Notes under the pieces: generated by a model
Database searches by the model: none
The model's input: only the letters and a program-made list of their open reading frames with translations
Told to the model about the DNA's origin: nothing
In this document: positions 1 to 8,412 of the stretch, one piece after another
How positions within the stretch are numbered: position 1 is the stretch's first letter
Layout of the letters: each line of letters opens with the position of its first letter
NCBI GenBank assembly: GCA_045638205.1
Contig: JAZUAY010000171.1
Location: forward strand, 1-26,357
Reading direction: 5' to 3'
Length of the DNA stretch: 26,357 nt
From: Bacilli bacterium
Lineage (GTDB): Bacteria; Bacillota_I; Bacilli_A; RF39; UBA660
Made by a program: the position numbers and the translations under genes

Positions 1-392
1 TAGTGATGATACTATATTAACTATAGCAATATTAAAGGCTATAATGAATGATTTTGATTATGATAAATATATAAGAAATTATATAAAAGAATATAATAAT
101 TATAAACCAAAATTTAAACCATATTTTAAATCATCCTTTTACCAAATTTAATACAATATGTGCTGAGACTATAGATAATTGTTTATATAGTTTATATATA
201 TCAAATAGTTTTGAAGATGCAATAAGAAAAACTTTATTAATGGGAGGAGATACTGATACTAATTGTGCAATAGTTGGTGGTATGGCTGAAGCATTATATG
301 TAATAGATGATGATAAAATAAAAGTAGTGGATGAAAAAATTTCTAAGAAGTTTGTTAAAATCTTACATGAGAGTAAAAATTATAAAATATAG
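1..392 (+). pseudogene. ADP-ribosylglycohydrolase (ARH/DraG family), 5'-partial, internally deleted and frameshifted
   Basis: Frame from 2 reads SDDTILTIAI... and stops at ~150. A second frame from ~141 reads ...FEDAIRKTLLMGGDTDTNCAIVGGMAEALY...* (TAG 390-392). SDDT and GGDTDT..AI.G.MAEA are ARH motifs. The central part of the family sequence is missing at ~140. Confidence 0.8.
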
Positions 393-407
393 AAATGAGG
401 AAAATTT

Positions 408-1136
408 ATGAATTTTTATAAAGAGTTAGAAAGAGAATTTAAAAATGCAGGATTGCAAGGTAGAATAATTGAAGTTTCTGATGAATTAAAACCAACATCC
501 AAAGATTATAAAGAATTAGAAAAAAGGATTTATATAAAAACAGAAGAAAATAGAAATATGATGTATCTAAGTGGAATTTATGCATCAAATGGTATGCTAT
601 GTGGTAATATGGAAGAAAAATATATTAAAAACGAACCTAATATAATTTTTGGAACAGGAAATTATTATAATGTAAAAAAAGGAAATACTGTTTCTATAAC
701 AGGAGATGGTGGAAATGCTTGGGGTTATTTTGGACCTGCATATAAAAAATTAGCACCTAGGTTAGAAACTTATACACCTTATGCTGAAAAGTTAGAAGAA
801 TTGCAAAAATTAAAAAAAGATTTAAATAAAGTTAAAGAATATTTAGAAATTAGGAAACAAATAGAAGATAAATATATAAAAAGTTATTATGATATAAGGT
901 TAAAAGATTTAGATGTAAATGAATTATTATATACTTTAAATGAAAAATATGGTAATAATATAATATTATTATGTCATGAACCAGTAGATGAATTTTGTCA
1001 TAGAAGATTGGTTGCAGATTACATTGAACTTATAACAGGTAAATATATTCCAGAAGTAAGTATTGATGATTATGGAAATGTAAAGAAACTCATTCCACTA
1101 AGATATAAAAATAGATTAAAAAAAATAATGAGATGA
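408..1136 (+). CDS. DUF488-like protein with N-terminal extension
   Basis: 242-aa ORF with RBS (gaggaa). The C-terminal LLCHEPVDEFCHRRLVADYIE matches the DUF488 LLC.E...CHR..A motif. Confidence 0.6.
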   Translation: MNFYKELEREFKNAGLQGRIIEVSDELKPTSKDYKELEKRIYIKTEENRNMMYLSGIYASNGMLCGNMEEKYIKNEPNIIFGTGNYYNVKKGNTVSITGDGGNAWGYFGPAYKKLAPRLETYTPYAEKLEELQKLKKDLNKVKEYLEIRKQIEDKYIKSYYDIRLKDLDVNELLYTLNEKYGNNIILLCHEPVDEFCHRRLVADYIELITGKYIPEVSIDDYGNVKKLIPLRYKNRLKKIMR

Positions 1137-1139
1137 TTT

Positions 1140-1228
1140 TAAATAAAAATATATAATAATGCTAAAAACAATTAAAAAAGTGCCAAAAATAGCATAGTAT
1201 TTAATACTTGATATTGACGGTCAAAGTA
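1140..1228 (+). repeat. Truncated type-A cassette leader ending in an S2 site (TTGATATTGACGGTCAAAGTATT)
   Basis: Aligns by eye with 3215-3303 and 14495-14582 (aaaaatagcatagtatttaatacttgatattgacggtcaaa). The upstream INW/S1 part is absent. Confidence 0.8.
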
Positions 1229-1250
1229 TTGATGAAAGTAGTGATATAAA

Positions 1251-1766
1251 ATGCAAACTATAATTATAAATGAAACAAATTTACATGATGAAGATATTCA
1301 AAAGATTGGAAATAAAGCAAGAGCAATCTTATTATCAGATGATAAAATATTGGTATCACATTATGGTGGAGTTGTTTTATTGCCAGGTGGTTCTATTGAT
1401 AAGGGCGAAACTGAAAGTGAAGCAATTATCAGAGAACTAAAAGAAGAAACCGGAGTTGTTTATGATATAAATAGTTTAAAAGAATTATTACTTCTCGAAT
1501 ACTACCAACCTAATTATCCAACTCGAAGGGATGAGGTTATTAATAGATTAATAAGAACTAAATTTTATCTTGCTCAGTACAAAGGTATTAATTTGGAGAG
1601 TATTAATAGAACTGAAAATGAAGTTAAAGATAATTTTCGTTTAGAATTAATGAAATTAGATGAATTCATTGAATCAGTGAATTTATTATCCAATAATCCT
1701 AGAAAAAAGTATTTTGATAGGGAAAATCAAGAAGTAGTAAAAGTATTAAAAAAGATTAAAAATTAA
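1251..1766 (+). CDS. NUDIX hydrolase
   Basis: Nudix box GGSIDKGETESEAIIRELKEETG. Confidence 0.9.
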   Translation: MQTIIINETNLHDEDIQKIGNKARAILLSDDKILVSHYGGVVLLPGGSIDKGETESEAIIRELKEETGVVYDINSLKELLLLEYYQPNYPTRRDEVINRLIRTKFYLAQYKGINLESINRTENEVKDNFRLELMKLDEFIESVNLLSNNPRKKYFDRENQEVVKVLKKIKN

Positions 1767-1895
1767 GGAAGAAATTTCTATATGTTGCCAGGTGGAAGAA
1801 TAGAAGAATTGGAAGAAAGTATAGATACAATAAAAAGAGAAATAAAAGAAGAAATTAGATGGGATAATGTAACTTATAAAAAAAGAGGTGTGTGA
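1767..1895 (+). pseudogene. Remnant of a second NUDIX gene
   Basis: Directly after the NUDIX stop, the same frame reads GRNFYMLPGGRIEELEESIDTIKREIKEEIRW, a Nudix box without its N-terminus. Confidence 0.65.
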
Positions 1896-1897
1896 TT

Positions 1898-2684
1898 ATG
1901 AATGAATCAAATAATTTATTGATATATAAAAATGATAATGGTGATGTTATTGTTGATGCCATATATAAAGACGAAACTTTATGGCTTACACAAAAAGGAA
2001 TGTCAAAAGTTTTTGATGTTGGTGTACCAGCTATATCTAAACATCTAAAGAACATTTTTGAAGAAGAGGAATTAATAAGAGATTCAGTTGTTTCCAAAAT
2101 GGAAATAACTGCAGAAGATGGTAAAAATTACAATAATGTCTTATCAAAAAATTACCGATTTATTCATTGCTACATCAACTGATTATAATCCTAAGTCAGA
2201 AGAGGCTTATACATTCTTTAAAATAGTTCAAAATAAACTTCATTATGCAATAAGTGGACATACTGCTGCAGAACTTATATATAGTAGAGCAGATTCAAAT
2301 AAAGAACATATGGGACTTACTAATTGGAAAAATTCTCCTGATGGGTTAATATATAAATATGATGTGAGTGTTGCTAAAAATTATTTAAATGAAGAAGAAT
2401 TAACTAAACTAAATGATTTAACTAATATATTTTTAGTCTTTGCAGAAGATGAAGCTAAAGAAAGACATGTTATGACTATGCAAGATTGGATTGATGCAAC
2501 CGATGATTTATTAAAATTTAGAAGAAAAAAAGTATTAGATAATTCAGGTAATATTTCACATAAACAAGCAGTAGAAAAAGCTGAAAGTGAATATGAAAAG
2601 TATAGAGTAATCCAAGATCAAAAATATATTTCTTTTATGGATGAATTTTATAATAAATATTTAGAGGAAAATAATAAAAATTAG
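1898..2684 (+). pseudogene. RhuM-family (virulence RhuM / DNA-binding) protein, internal deletion with frameshift at ~2135
   Basis: The N-part (DETLWLTQKGMSKVFDVGVPAISKHLKNIFEEEEL...EDGKNYN) and C-part (MSYQKITDLF...FFKIVQNKLHYAISGHTAAELIY...MGLTNWKNSPDG) are RhuM-like. They lie in different frames and the usual central YNLDAII..GYRV segment is missing. Confidence 0.8.
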
Positions 2685-2718
2685 AAGAAAGTATAATATA
2701 TTAAAAAGAGGCGATAAA

Positions 2719-3057
2719 ATGAAACATGAAATGAAATTAAATAATGGACCATTTATGAATATAAAAAATGGAACAAAAACAATTGAATTAAGATTAAATG
2801 ATGAAAAAAGACAATTACTAAAAATAAAAGACTTAATTGAATTTACTAATGGAGAAACCTTAGAACAAATGTTAGTTGAAATTGAAAATCTATATCATTA
2901 TTCATCTTTTGATGAGTTATATAAGCATTTTGATAAAGTATCTATGGGATATAAGGAAGATGAGATTGCTGATCCAAAAGATATGGAAGAATATTATTCT
3001 AAAGAAGAACAAAAAAAATACGGGGTGTTAGGAATAGAAGTTAGAAAATTAAAATAG
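2719..3057 (+). CDS. ASCH/PUA-like domain protein (copy 1)
   Basis: MKHEMKL...FMNIKNGTKTIELRLNDEKR...IKDLIEF is the ASCH signature. RBS agaggc. Confidence 0.85.
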   Translation: MKHEMKLNNGPFMNIKNGTKTIELRLNDEKRQLLKIKDLIEFTNGETLEQMLVEIENLYHYSSFDELYKHFDKVSMGYKEDEIADPKDMEEYYSKEEQKKYGVLGIEVRKLK

Positions 3058-3080
3058 TTTAGTTTTTAATTATTTATAGA

Positions 3081-3303
3081 AGGAGTAGATATAAATGAAT
3101 AATAATGAAAATGTTGCTAAAACCAATATCAACTGGTTGATATTGATTTAGTCTAAGTTTCATTCAAACTCCTATAAAATAAAGAAAAAACAAGTATATG
3201 CTTGTTACATAATTTAATAAAAATATATAGAAATAATTATAAAAATAACTAAAAAAGCATCAAAAATGGCATAGTATTTGATACTTGGTATTGACGGTTA
3301 AAG
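3081..3303 (+). repeat. Junction J1: rbgA 5' remnant (MNNNENVAKTNINW) + S1 + type-A leader + S2
   Basis: RBS aggag 3081, ATG 3095, TGG 3134-3136. S1 TTGATATTGATTTAGTCTAAG at 3137, S2 TTGGTATTGACGGTTAAAG at 3285. Confidence 0.9.
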
Positions 3304-3365
3304 AGGTGTAAGTATGAAAATATATGGTATAATATTAATTGTCAGATAAATGAAAGGATGATATT

Positions 3366-3614
3366 ATGAAGAGTGCTGAAGAATTTATGAATGAGTTTAT
3401 GAGTACTTTACATAACATGAAAAAGTATCAGCGAATAGACATTACTAGACCAGAAACATATTCCGGAGATTTTGATAAAGTTCATGATGCATTTGATATT
3501 GAAAAAAATGTAGTTGCTACAGTTAAAGCTGAAGAAATATCTAATGTTGTTGCAGATTCACCTAAATTATTAAGACTTACCAATAAAAAAAATAATTTAT
3601 CAATTGAATCGTAA
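3366..3614 (+). CDS. Hypothetical 82-aa protein (copy 1)
   Basis: ORF with RBS aaagga and upstream TGgTATAAT. Near-identical copy at 6273-6521 (2 aa differences). Confidence 0.7.
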   Translation: MKSAEEFMNEFMSTLHNMKKYQRIDITRPETYSGDFDKVHDAFDIEKNVVATVKAEEISNVVADSPKLLRLTNKKNNLSIES

Positions 3615-3633
3615 GATTAAGATATTGCGCTTT
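3606..3633. repeat. 28-bp 11-6-11 imperfect palindromic site (family 2)
   Basis: GAATCGTAAGA-TTAAGA-TATTGCGCTTT. It overlaps the stop codon of the 82-aa gene. Confidence 0.75.
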
Positions 3634-3747
3634 GCCATATTACCAGGCAATTCTTATGGCTAGCTTGTTGTTTATTTAGTCTAAGGTAAATAATTAATAT
3701 AAAATGGGACGAAACTATACTAAATTTCGCCTTTTTTATGCTATAAT
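3634..3747 (+). repeat. Cassette tail: inverted rbgA PGHMA half-site (X) + S3 + extended -10 promoter
   Basis: GCCATATTACCAGG at 3634 (reverse complement CCT GGT AAT ATG GC). S3 TTGTTGTTTATTTAGTCTAAG at 3665. GCCTTTTTTATGCTATAAT at 3729-3747. Confidence 0.85.
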
Positions 3748-3757
3748 TGAATAGAAA

Positions 3758-3975
3758 TGGAGTGATTCCTATGAATAATAAAACTAATATAAATTGCTTG
3801 AGCATGATTTATCTAACCCCTTTAACAAATCCTTATAAAATAAGGGAAAATTGATAATTTGATCTTACATCTTTTATATAAAAAGTAAGTAAAAATGTAC
3901 AAAAAACACCAAAAATCATTAAAAATGGAGCTTTTTTTATATATTTTTGATAAGGTGATGTTTCCCGCTAACCCC
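3758..3975 (+). repeat. Junction J2: rbgA 5' remnant (MNNKTNINC) + S1 + type-B leader + S2
   Basis: ATG 3771, TGC 3795-3797. S1 TTGAGCATGATTTATCTAACCCC at 3798, CCTTATAAAATAAGG box, S2 GTGATGTTTCCCGCTAACCCC at 3955. Confidence 0.9.
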
Positions 3976-4007
3976 ACCATAAAATAGGGATTTATAAAAT
4001 TATAAGT

Positions 4008-4035
4008 AAATCGTAAAATAGTAATATTACGATCT
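4008..4035. repeat. 28-bp 11-6-11 palindromic site (family 2) upstream of the ABC-F gene
   Basis: AAATCGTAAAA-TAGTAA-TATTACGATCT. The arms are 9/11 complementary. Confidence 0.75.
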
Positions 4036-4210
4036 TTTGTCAATATAAAAAATATAGTATAATATATATGACATATAAGTGCACAATTAATAATTCTACA
4101 TATAATTAAAGAAAGAGAAAAGTCAGTGAATTATATTTTTTAGCAATTGACAAATATTGAAAAATTTAAAATTTAATGATAGTATAAAAAACTAAATAAG
4201 AGGTGATAGC

Positions 4211-5704
4211 ATGTCAACAATAAGTGTAAGCAATCTTACATTTGGTTACGACGGGGGATACACTAACATCTTTGAAAACGTTTCATTTAATATAGATTCT
4301 AATTGGAAATTAGGATTTGTTGGAAGAAATGGTAGAGGTAAAACAACTTTTTTAAATTTATTACTAGGTAAATATGAATATCAAGGAACAATTAAATCGG
4401 ATTTGATATTTGATTATTTTCCATTTGAAATAAAAGATAAATCAAAAAATTCTTATGAAATAGCAGAAGAAATAGTACCGTATTTTGAAACTTGGAAATT
4501 AAATTGTGAGATTTCTCAATTAGGAATGGACTTAAGCATATTAGAAAGATCATTTGAAAATCTAAGTAAAGGAGAACAAACACGAGTTTTACTTGGATTG
4601 ATGTTTTCTAAAGATAATAACTTTTTACTTATAGATGAACCTACTAATCACTTAGATATTGAGGCAAGAAAAATTGTCGCTGATTATTTAAATAGTAAAA
4701 AAGGGTTTATTTTAGTTTCTCATGATAGGCGCTTTTTGGATAATTGCATAGATCATGTTTTATCCATTAATAAAACTAATATTGAAGTTCAAAAAGGGAA
4801 TTTTAGTTCATGGTGGGAGAATAAGCAAAGACAAGATAATTTTGAGTTAAATCAAAATGAAAAATTAAAAGGTGAAATATCTAGATTAGAAAAATCTGCT
4901 AGACAAACAGCAAATTGGTCTGATAAAGTAGAAAAAAGTAAATATAATATTAAACAAGGTGTTGTACCAGATAAAGGTTATATTGGACATAAAGCTGCTA
5001 AAATGATGAAAAGATCTTTAGTTGCACGCAATCATAAAGAAAAAGCAATTGAGGAAAAATCAAAATTATTAAAAAATATAGAAACAATGGAAGAACTAAA
5101 AATTAGTCCAACAATTTATAGGAGTAATAAACTGTTGGAAGTATCAAATCTTAGTGTTAATTATGGAGATAGAGATTTATTTGATAAAATTAGTTTTTCA
5201 GTAAATAGGGGAGATAGAATTGAACTAAAAGGAAAAAATGGTTCTGGAAAATCTAGTTTAATCAAATTGCTTTTAGGGCAAAAAATAAAGTACAATGGTG
5301 AACTGTATTTACCCAATGATTTAAAAATTTCATATGTTTCACAAGATACGTCTTATTTAAAAGGAAATTTAAAAGATTTTATAATGGATAATAATATAGA
5401 TGCCACATTATTTATGTCAATATTAAGAAAATTAGATTTTGATAGAAAAGAATTTGATAGAAATATTGAAAGTTATAGTGAAGGCCAAAAAAAGAAAGTA
5501 TTATTAGCTAAGAGCTTATCTGAACAGGCTGATTTATATGTATGGGATGAACCGTTAAATTATATAGATATTTATTCAAGACTACAGATTGAAAATTTAA
5601 TTTTAGATTATAATCCTACGATGATATTTGTGGAACATGATGAAACATTCTCAGATAAGATTGCAACAGATAAAATAGAGATAAAAAACACATCGCAATA
5701 TTAA
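4211..5704 (+). CDS. lsa: Lsa-family ABC-F ribosomal protection ATPase
   Basis: Two ABC domains (GRNGRGKTT, GKNGSGKSS; LLIDEPTNHLD, YVWDEPLNYID). The N-terminus (NIFENVSFNIDSNWKLGFVGRNGRGKTTFLNLLLGKY) and linker (DKGYIGHKAAKMMKR) closely resemble Lsa(E)/Lsa(B) as recalled. The allele cannot be assigned without a search. Confidence 0.8.
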   Translation: MSTISVSNLTFGYDGGYTNIFENVSFNIDSNWKLGFVGRNGRGKTTFLNLLLGKYEYQGTIKSDLIFDYFPFEIKDKSKNSYEIAEEIVPYFETWKLNCEISQLGMDLSILERSFENLSKGEQTRVLLGLMFSKDNNFLLIDEPTNHLDIEARKIVADYLNSKKGFILVSHDRRFLDNCIDHVLSINKTNIEVQKGNFSSWWENKQRQDNFELNQNEKLKGEISRLEKSARQTANWSDKVEKSKYNIKQGVVPDKGYIGHKAAKMMKRSLVARNHKEKAIEEKSKLLKNIETMEELKISPTIYRSNKLLEVSNLSVNYGDRDLFDKISFSVNRGDRIELKGKNGSGKSSLIKLLLGQKIKYNGELYLPNDLKISYVSQDTSYLKGNLKDFIMDNNIDATLFMSILRKLDFDRKEFDRNIESYSEGQKKKVLLAKSLSEQADLYVWDEPLNYIDIYSRLQIENLILDYNPTMIFVEHDETFSDKIATDKIEIKNTSQY

Positions 5705-5753
5705 GATATTAGGAATTGAGAAATCAGTTCCTTTTTTAGTAATCTTACGATGT
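5690..5753. repeat. 64-bp composite: family-2 half-sites in inverted orientation around a terminator-like hairpin
   Basis: ACATCGCAATA-TTAAGA...AGGAATTGA-GAAA-TCAGTTCCT-TTTTT...TAGTAA-TCTTACGATGT. It overlaps the ABC-F stop codon. Confidence 0.8.
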
Positions 5754-5801
5754 ATTAAAAAATAATAAAGTATGATATAATACCAATAGGTTGGTGATAT
5801 T

Positions 5802-6140
5802 ATGAAACATGAAATGAAATTAAATAATGGTCCTTTTATGAATATTAAAAATGGTACTAAGACAATTGAGTTAAGATTAAATGATGAGAAAAGGAAATTG
5901 TTAAAAATAAAAGATTTAATTGAATTTACTAATAGGGAAACATTGGAACAATTGTTAGTAGAAATAGAAAATCTATATCATTATCCTTCATTTGAAGAAT
6001 TATATAAACACTTTGATAAAGTTGCTATGGGATATAAGGAAGATGAAGAAGCTGATCCAAAAGACATGGAAGAATATTATTCAAAAGAAGAACAAGAAAA
6101 ATATGGAGTTTTAGGAATTGAAATAAAAAAAGTGAGATAA
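5802..6140 (+). CDS. ASCH/PUA-like domain protein (copy 2)
   Basis: 100/112 aa identical to 2719-3057 (counted by eye). Confidence 0.85.
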   Translation: MKHEMKLNNGPFMNIKNGTKTIELRLNDEKRKLLKIKDLIEFTNRETLEQLLVEIENLYHYPSFEELYKHFDKVAMGYKEDEEADPKDMEEYYSKEEQEKYGVLGIEIKKVR

Positions 6141-6211
6141 TCGTAAGATTAAGATATTCCAGTACATTAAGATGAGAAATTATCTCATCTTTTTTAGTAA
6201 TATTGCGATGT
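6138..6211. repeat. 74-bp composite: family-2 half-sites in inverted orientation around a terminator-like hairpin
   Basis: TAATCGTAAGA-TTAAGA...AAGATGAGA-AATTA-TCTCATCTT-TTT...TAGTAA-TATTGCGATGT. Confidence 0.8.
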
Positions 6212-6272
6212 AATTAAATAATGAAAATATATGGTATAATATTAATTGTCAGATAAATGAAAGGATGATATT

Positions 6273-6521
6273 ATGAAGAGTGCTGAAGAATTTATGAATG
6301 AGTTTATGAGTACTTTAGATAACATGAAAAAGTATCAGGGAATAGACATTACTAGACCAGAAACATATTCTGGAGATTTTGATAAAGTTCATGATGCATT
6401 TGACATTGAAAAAAATGTAGTTGCTACAGTTAAAGCTGAAGAAATATCTAATGTTGTTGCAGATTCACCTAAATTATTAAGACTTACCAATAAAAAAAAT
6501 AATTTATCAATTGAATCGTAA
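6273..6521 (+). CDS. Hypothetical 82-aa protein (copy 2)
   Basis: Part of a duplication of ~3315-3800 at ~6222-6707. Confidence 0.7.
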   Translation: MKSAEEFMNEFMSTLDNMKKYQGIDITRPETYSGDFDKVHDAFDIEKNVVATVKAEEISNVVADSPKLLRLTNKKNNLSIES

Positions 6522-6540
6522 GATTAAGATATTGCGATTT
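6513..6540. repeat. 28-bp 11-6-11 palindromic site (family 2)
   Basis: GAATCGTAAGA-TTAAGA-TATTGCGATTT, directly abutting X at 6541. Confidence 0.75.
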
Positions 6541-6654
6541 GCCATATGACCATGCAATTCTTATGGCTAGCTTGGTGTTTATTTAGTCTAAGGTAAATAA
6601 TTAATATAAAATGGGAGGAAACTATATAAAATTTCGTCTTTTTTATGCTATAAT
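6541..6654 (+). repeat. Cassette tail: X + S3 + extended -10 promoter
   Basis: GCCATATGACCATG at 6541. S3 TTGGTGTTTATTTAGTCTAAG at 6572. TGcTATAAT ending at 6654. Confidence 0.85.
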
Positions 6655-6664
6655 TGAATAGAAA

Positions 6665-6885
6665 TGGAGTGATTACTATGGATAATAAAACCAATATTAA
6701 CTGGTTGATTTCAATTTAATTAAGAGCACTCCTAAAACCATATAATATAAGGGAAAATGTAAAAATACATCTTACATGTTTTTAATAAAAATAGTTAAAA
6801 AATACTAAAAAATAGCAAAATAAGTTAAAAATAAGTAAATTTTTACTAAGAAGTTGCAAGGTGATTACAAAAGTTAAGAACATAT
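6665..6885 (+). repeat. Junction J3: rbgA 5' remnant (MDNKTNINW) + S1 + type-B leader + S2
   Basis: ATG 6678, TGG 6702-6704. S1 TTGATTTCAATTTAATTAAGAGCA at 6705, S2 GTGATTACAAAAGTTAAGAACA at 6861. Confidence 0.9.
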
Positions 6886-6902
6886 AAAGAAGAGGTGAAT
6901 TT

Positions 6903-7580
6903 ATGAAATATATAATGCAAAATAATGAATCAAATTATAATGAAGTAATAGCTAATATTATTAATAATAGAAAAAAAGAAATATTTTCTTTTTTTAACAG
7001 TAAGGAAATTGATTTACCAGTTACTATATATGTTTATAATAGCATTGAAGAATTAGTTAATGGAATGAGAAAAAGAGGATACAAAAATGATCCTGACTAT
7101 ATGTGTGCATGCCAAAAAGATGAAGATAATTCTTTAAATTATTTTGAACCTAGGGATAATCCAGGTGAAAAGGAATGGTCAAAAGAAGAGTATAAGAATG
7201 TAATATTTCATGAATTAATTCATTGTATACAATTTAATCTATTTGGAACTACTCTTGAATGGATAAATGAAGGAATAGCTAAATATTTAGATGGTACATA
7301 TTCAAAAGGAATTAAATGGTTATTAGATAATTATATAAATAATAATCCGATTCCTAATCAAGATGAGATAGAGAATGAATTTGGTATGCATGAATATGAT
7401 AGTTATGATTATGCATATTTAATGGTAAGTTATATAATTGATTATTATGGTAAAGATACATTGATTGATTTATTGAAAAATAAAGAAAAATATGAAACTA
7501 TAAAAAAAGATTTATTAATAAAATCAATTGATTATTATAATATGAAATATAATGAAGAAAGTTTTTTTAAAAGTATATAA
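6903..7580 (+). CDS. Putative zinc metallopeptidase (HExxH, gluzincin/peptidase MA-like)
   Basis: IFHELIHCIQ followed by WINEGIAKYL. Confidence 0.7.
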   Translation: MKYIMQNNESNYNEVIANIINNRKKEIFSFFNSKEIDLPVTIYVYNSIEELVNGMRKRGYKNDPDYMCACQKDEDNSLNYFEPRDNPGEKEWSKEEYKNVIFHELIHCIQFNLFGTTLEWINEGIAKYLDGTYSKGIKWLLDNYINNNPIPNQDEIENEFGMHEYDSYDYAYLMVSYIIDYYGKDTLIDLLKNKEKYETIKKDLLIKSIDYYNMKYNEESFFKSI

Positions 7581-7607
7581 AACTTTCTTTTTATTTATAA
7601 TTATTAA

Positions 7608-7723
7608 TTGGCCATATGACCTGGTGAGAATTTTAAAATAACTGATTACGCAATATTTAAGAACATATAAATGACATAAATTTAGACAAATTAGTACAAA
7701 ATCTGCCTTTTTTATGCTATAAT
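7608..7723 (+). repeat. Cassette tail: X + S3 + extended -10 promoter
   Basis: The reverse complement of 7608-7624 is CCAGGTCATATGGCCAA, a 16/17 match to rbgA 17654-17670. S3 TGATTACGCAATATTTAAGAACA at 7643. GCCTTTTTTATGCTATAAT at 7705-7723. Confidence 0.9.
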
Positions 7724-7756
7724 TTTAATGATTTTAAATCGAGAAAGTGATGTTAC

Positions 7757-8191
7757 ATGGAATTAAATGAATATATGAATCAAGATGTTTTTAATCCAAA
7801 ATATTTATTTCACGGAACAGCTCATGAAATAGATAAATTAGAATTAAGACAATCAACTGATAATGAAAATAAAGATAATGAAGACAATGCAATATTTTTA
7901 ACTAGTTCAATCTATACTGCAGCGGCTTATGCTTTTAGTAGACGATTGAAAGAACAAAATGAGAATTATTCATTTTCTATGAATAATAATGGAGAATTAC
8001 CAGCAATGGTATTTGAAGTAGAAAATTTACCAGATGATTTATGTGGTTATATTTATATTTTTGAAAAAAGTGAAGATATGATTAAAGATAATCACGAGTT
8101 CACAACTCAATATAGATGCTATCATGATTTAACACCACAAAAAGTTATTAAAGTTAATTATAGAGATTTTGAAGAATTTTTCAGCAGATAA
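7757..8191 (+). CDS. Hypothetical protein, possible ADP-ribosyltransferase-like fold
   Basis: YLFHGT...AIFLTSSIYTAAAYA resembles the H-G-T / Y(F)-x-T strands of ART-fold proteins. This is motif-level evidence only. Confidence 0.45.
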   Translation: MELNEYMNQDVFNPKYLFHGTAHEIDKLELRQSTDNENKDNEDNAIFLTSSIYTAAAYAFSRRLKEQNENYSFSMNNNGELPAMVFEVENLPDDLCGYIYIFEKSEDMIKDNHEFTTQYRCYHDLTPQKVIKVNYRDFEEFFSR

Positions 8192-8217
8192 AATTAAACT
8201 AAAAAAATATAGATTTA

Positions 8218-8385
8218 AAGGAGTTGATTCAAATGAATGAAAATAAAACTAATATAAACTGGTTGTAGTGATTAACATCTTTCATGTTATGATAAAATAT
8301 AGTTAAATTTAATAAAAAAAGATCAAAAATGATTAAAATATGTTAAATATTATGTAGGAATTAAGGTATTGATTACGATACAGTA
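8218..8385 (+). repeat. Junction J4: rbgA 5' remnant (MNENKTNINW) + shortened leader + S2
   Basis: AAGGAGTTGATTCAA-ATG 8233, TGG 8260-8262. The leader lacks ~50 bp including the CCTTAT box. S2 TTGATTACGATAC at 8369. Confidence 0.85.
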
Positions 8386-8412
8386 ACTAATTCGTGATGG
8401 GAGGAAATTATA

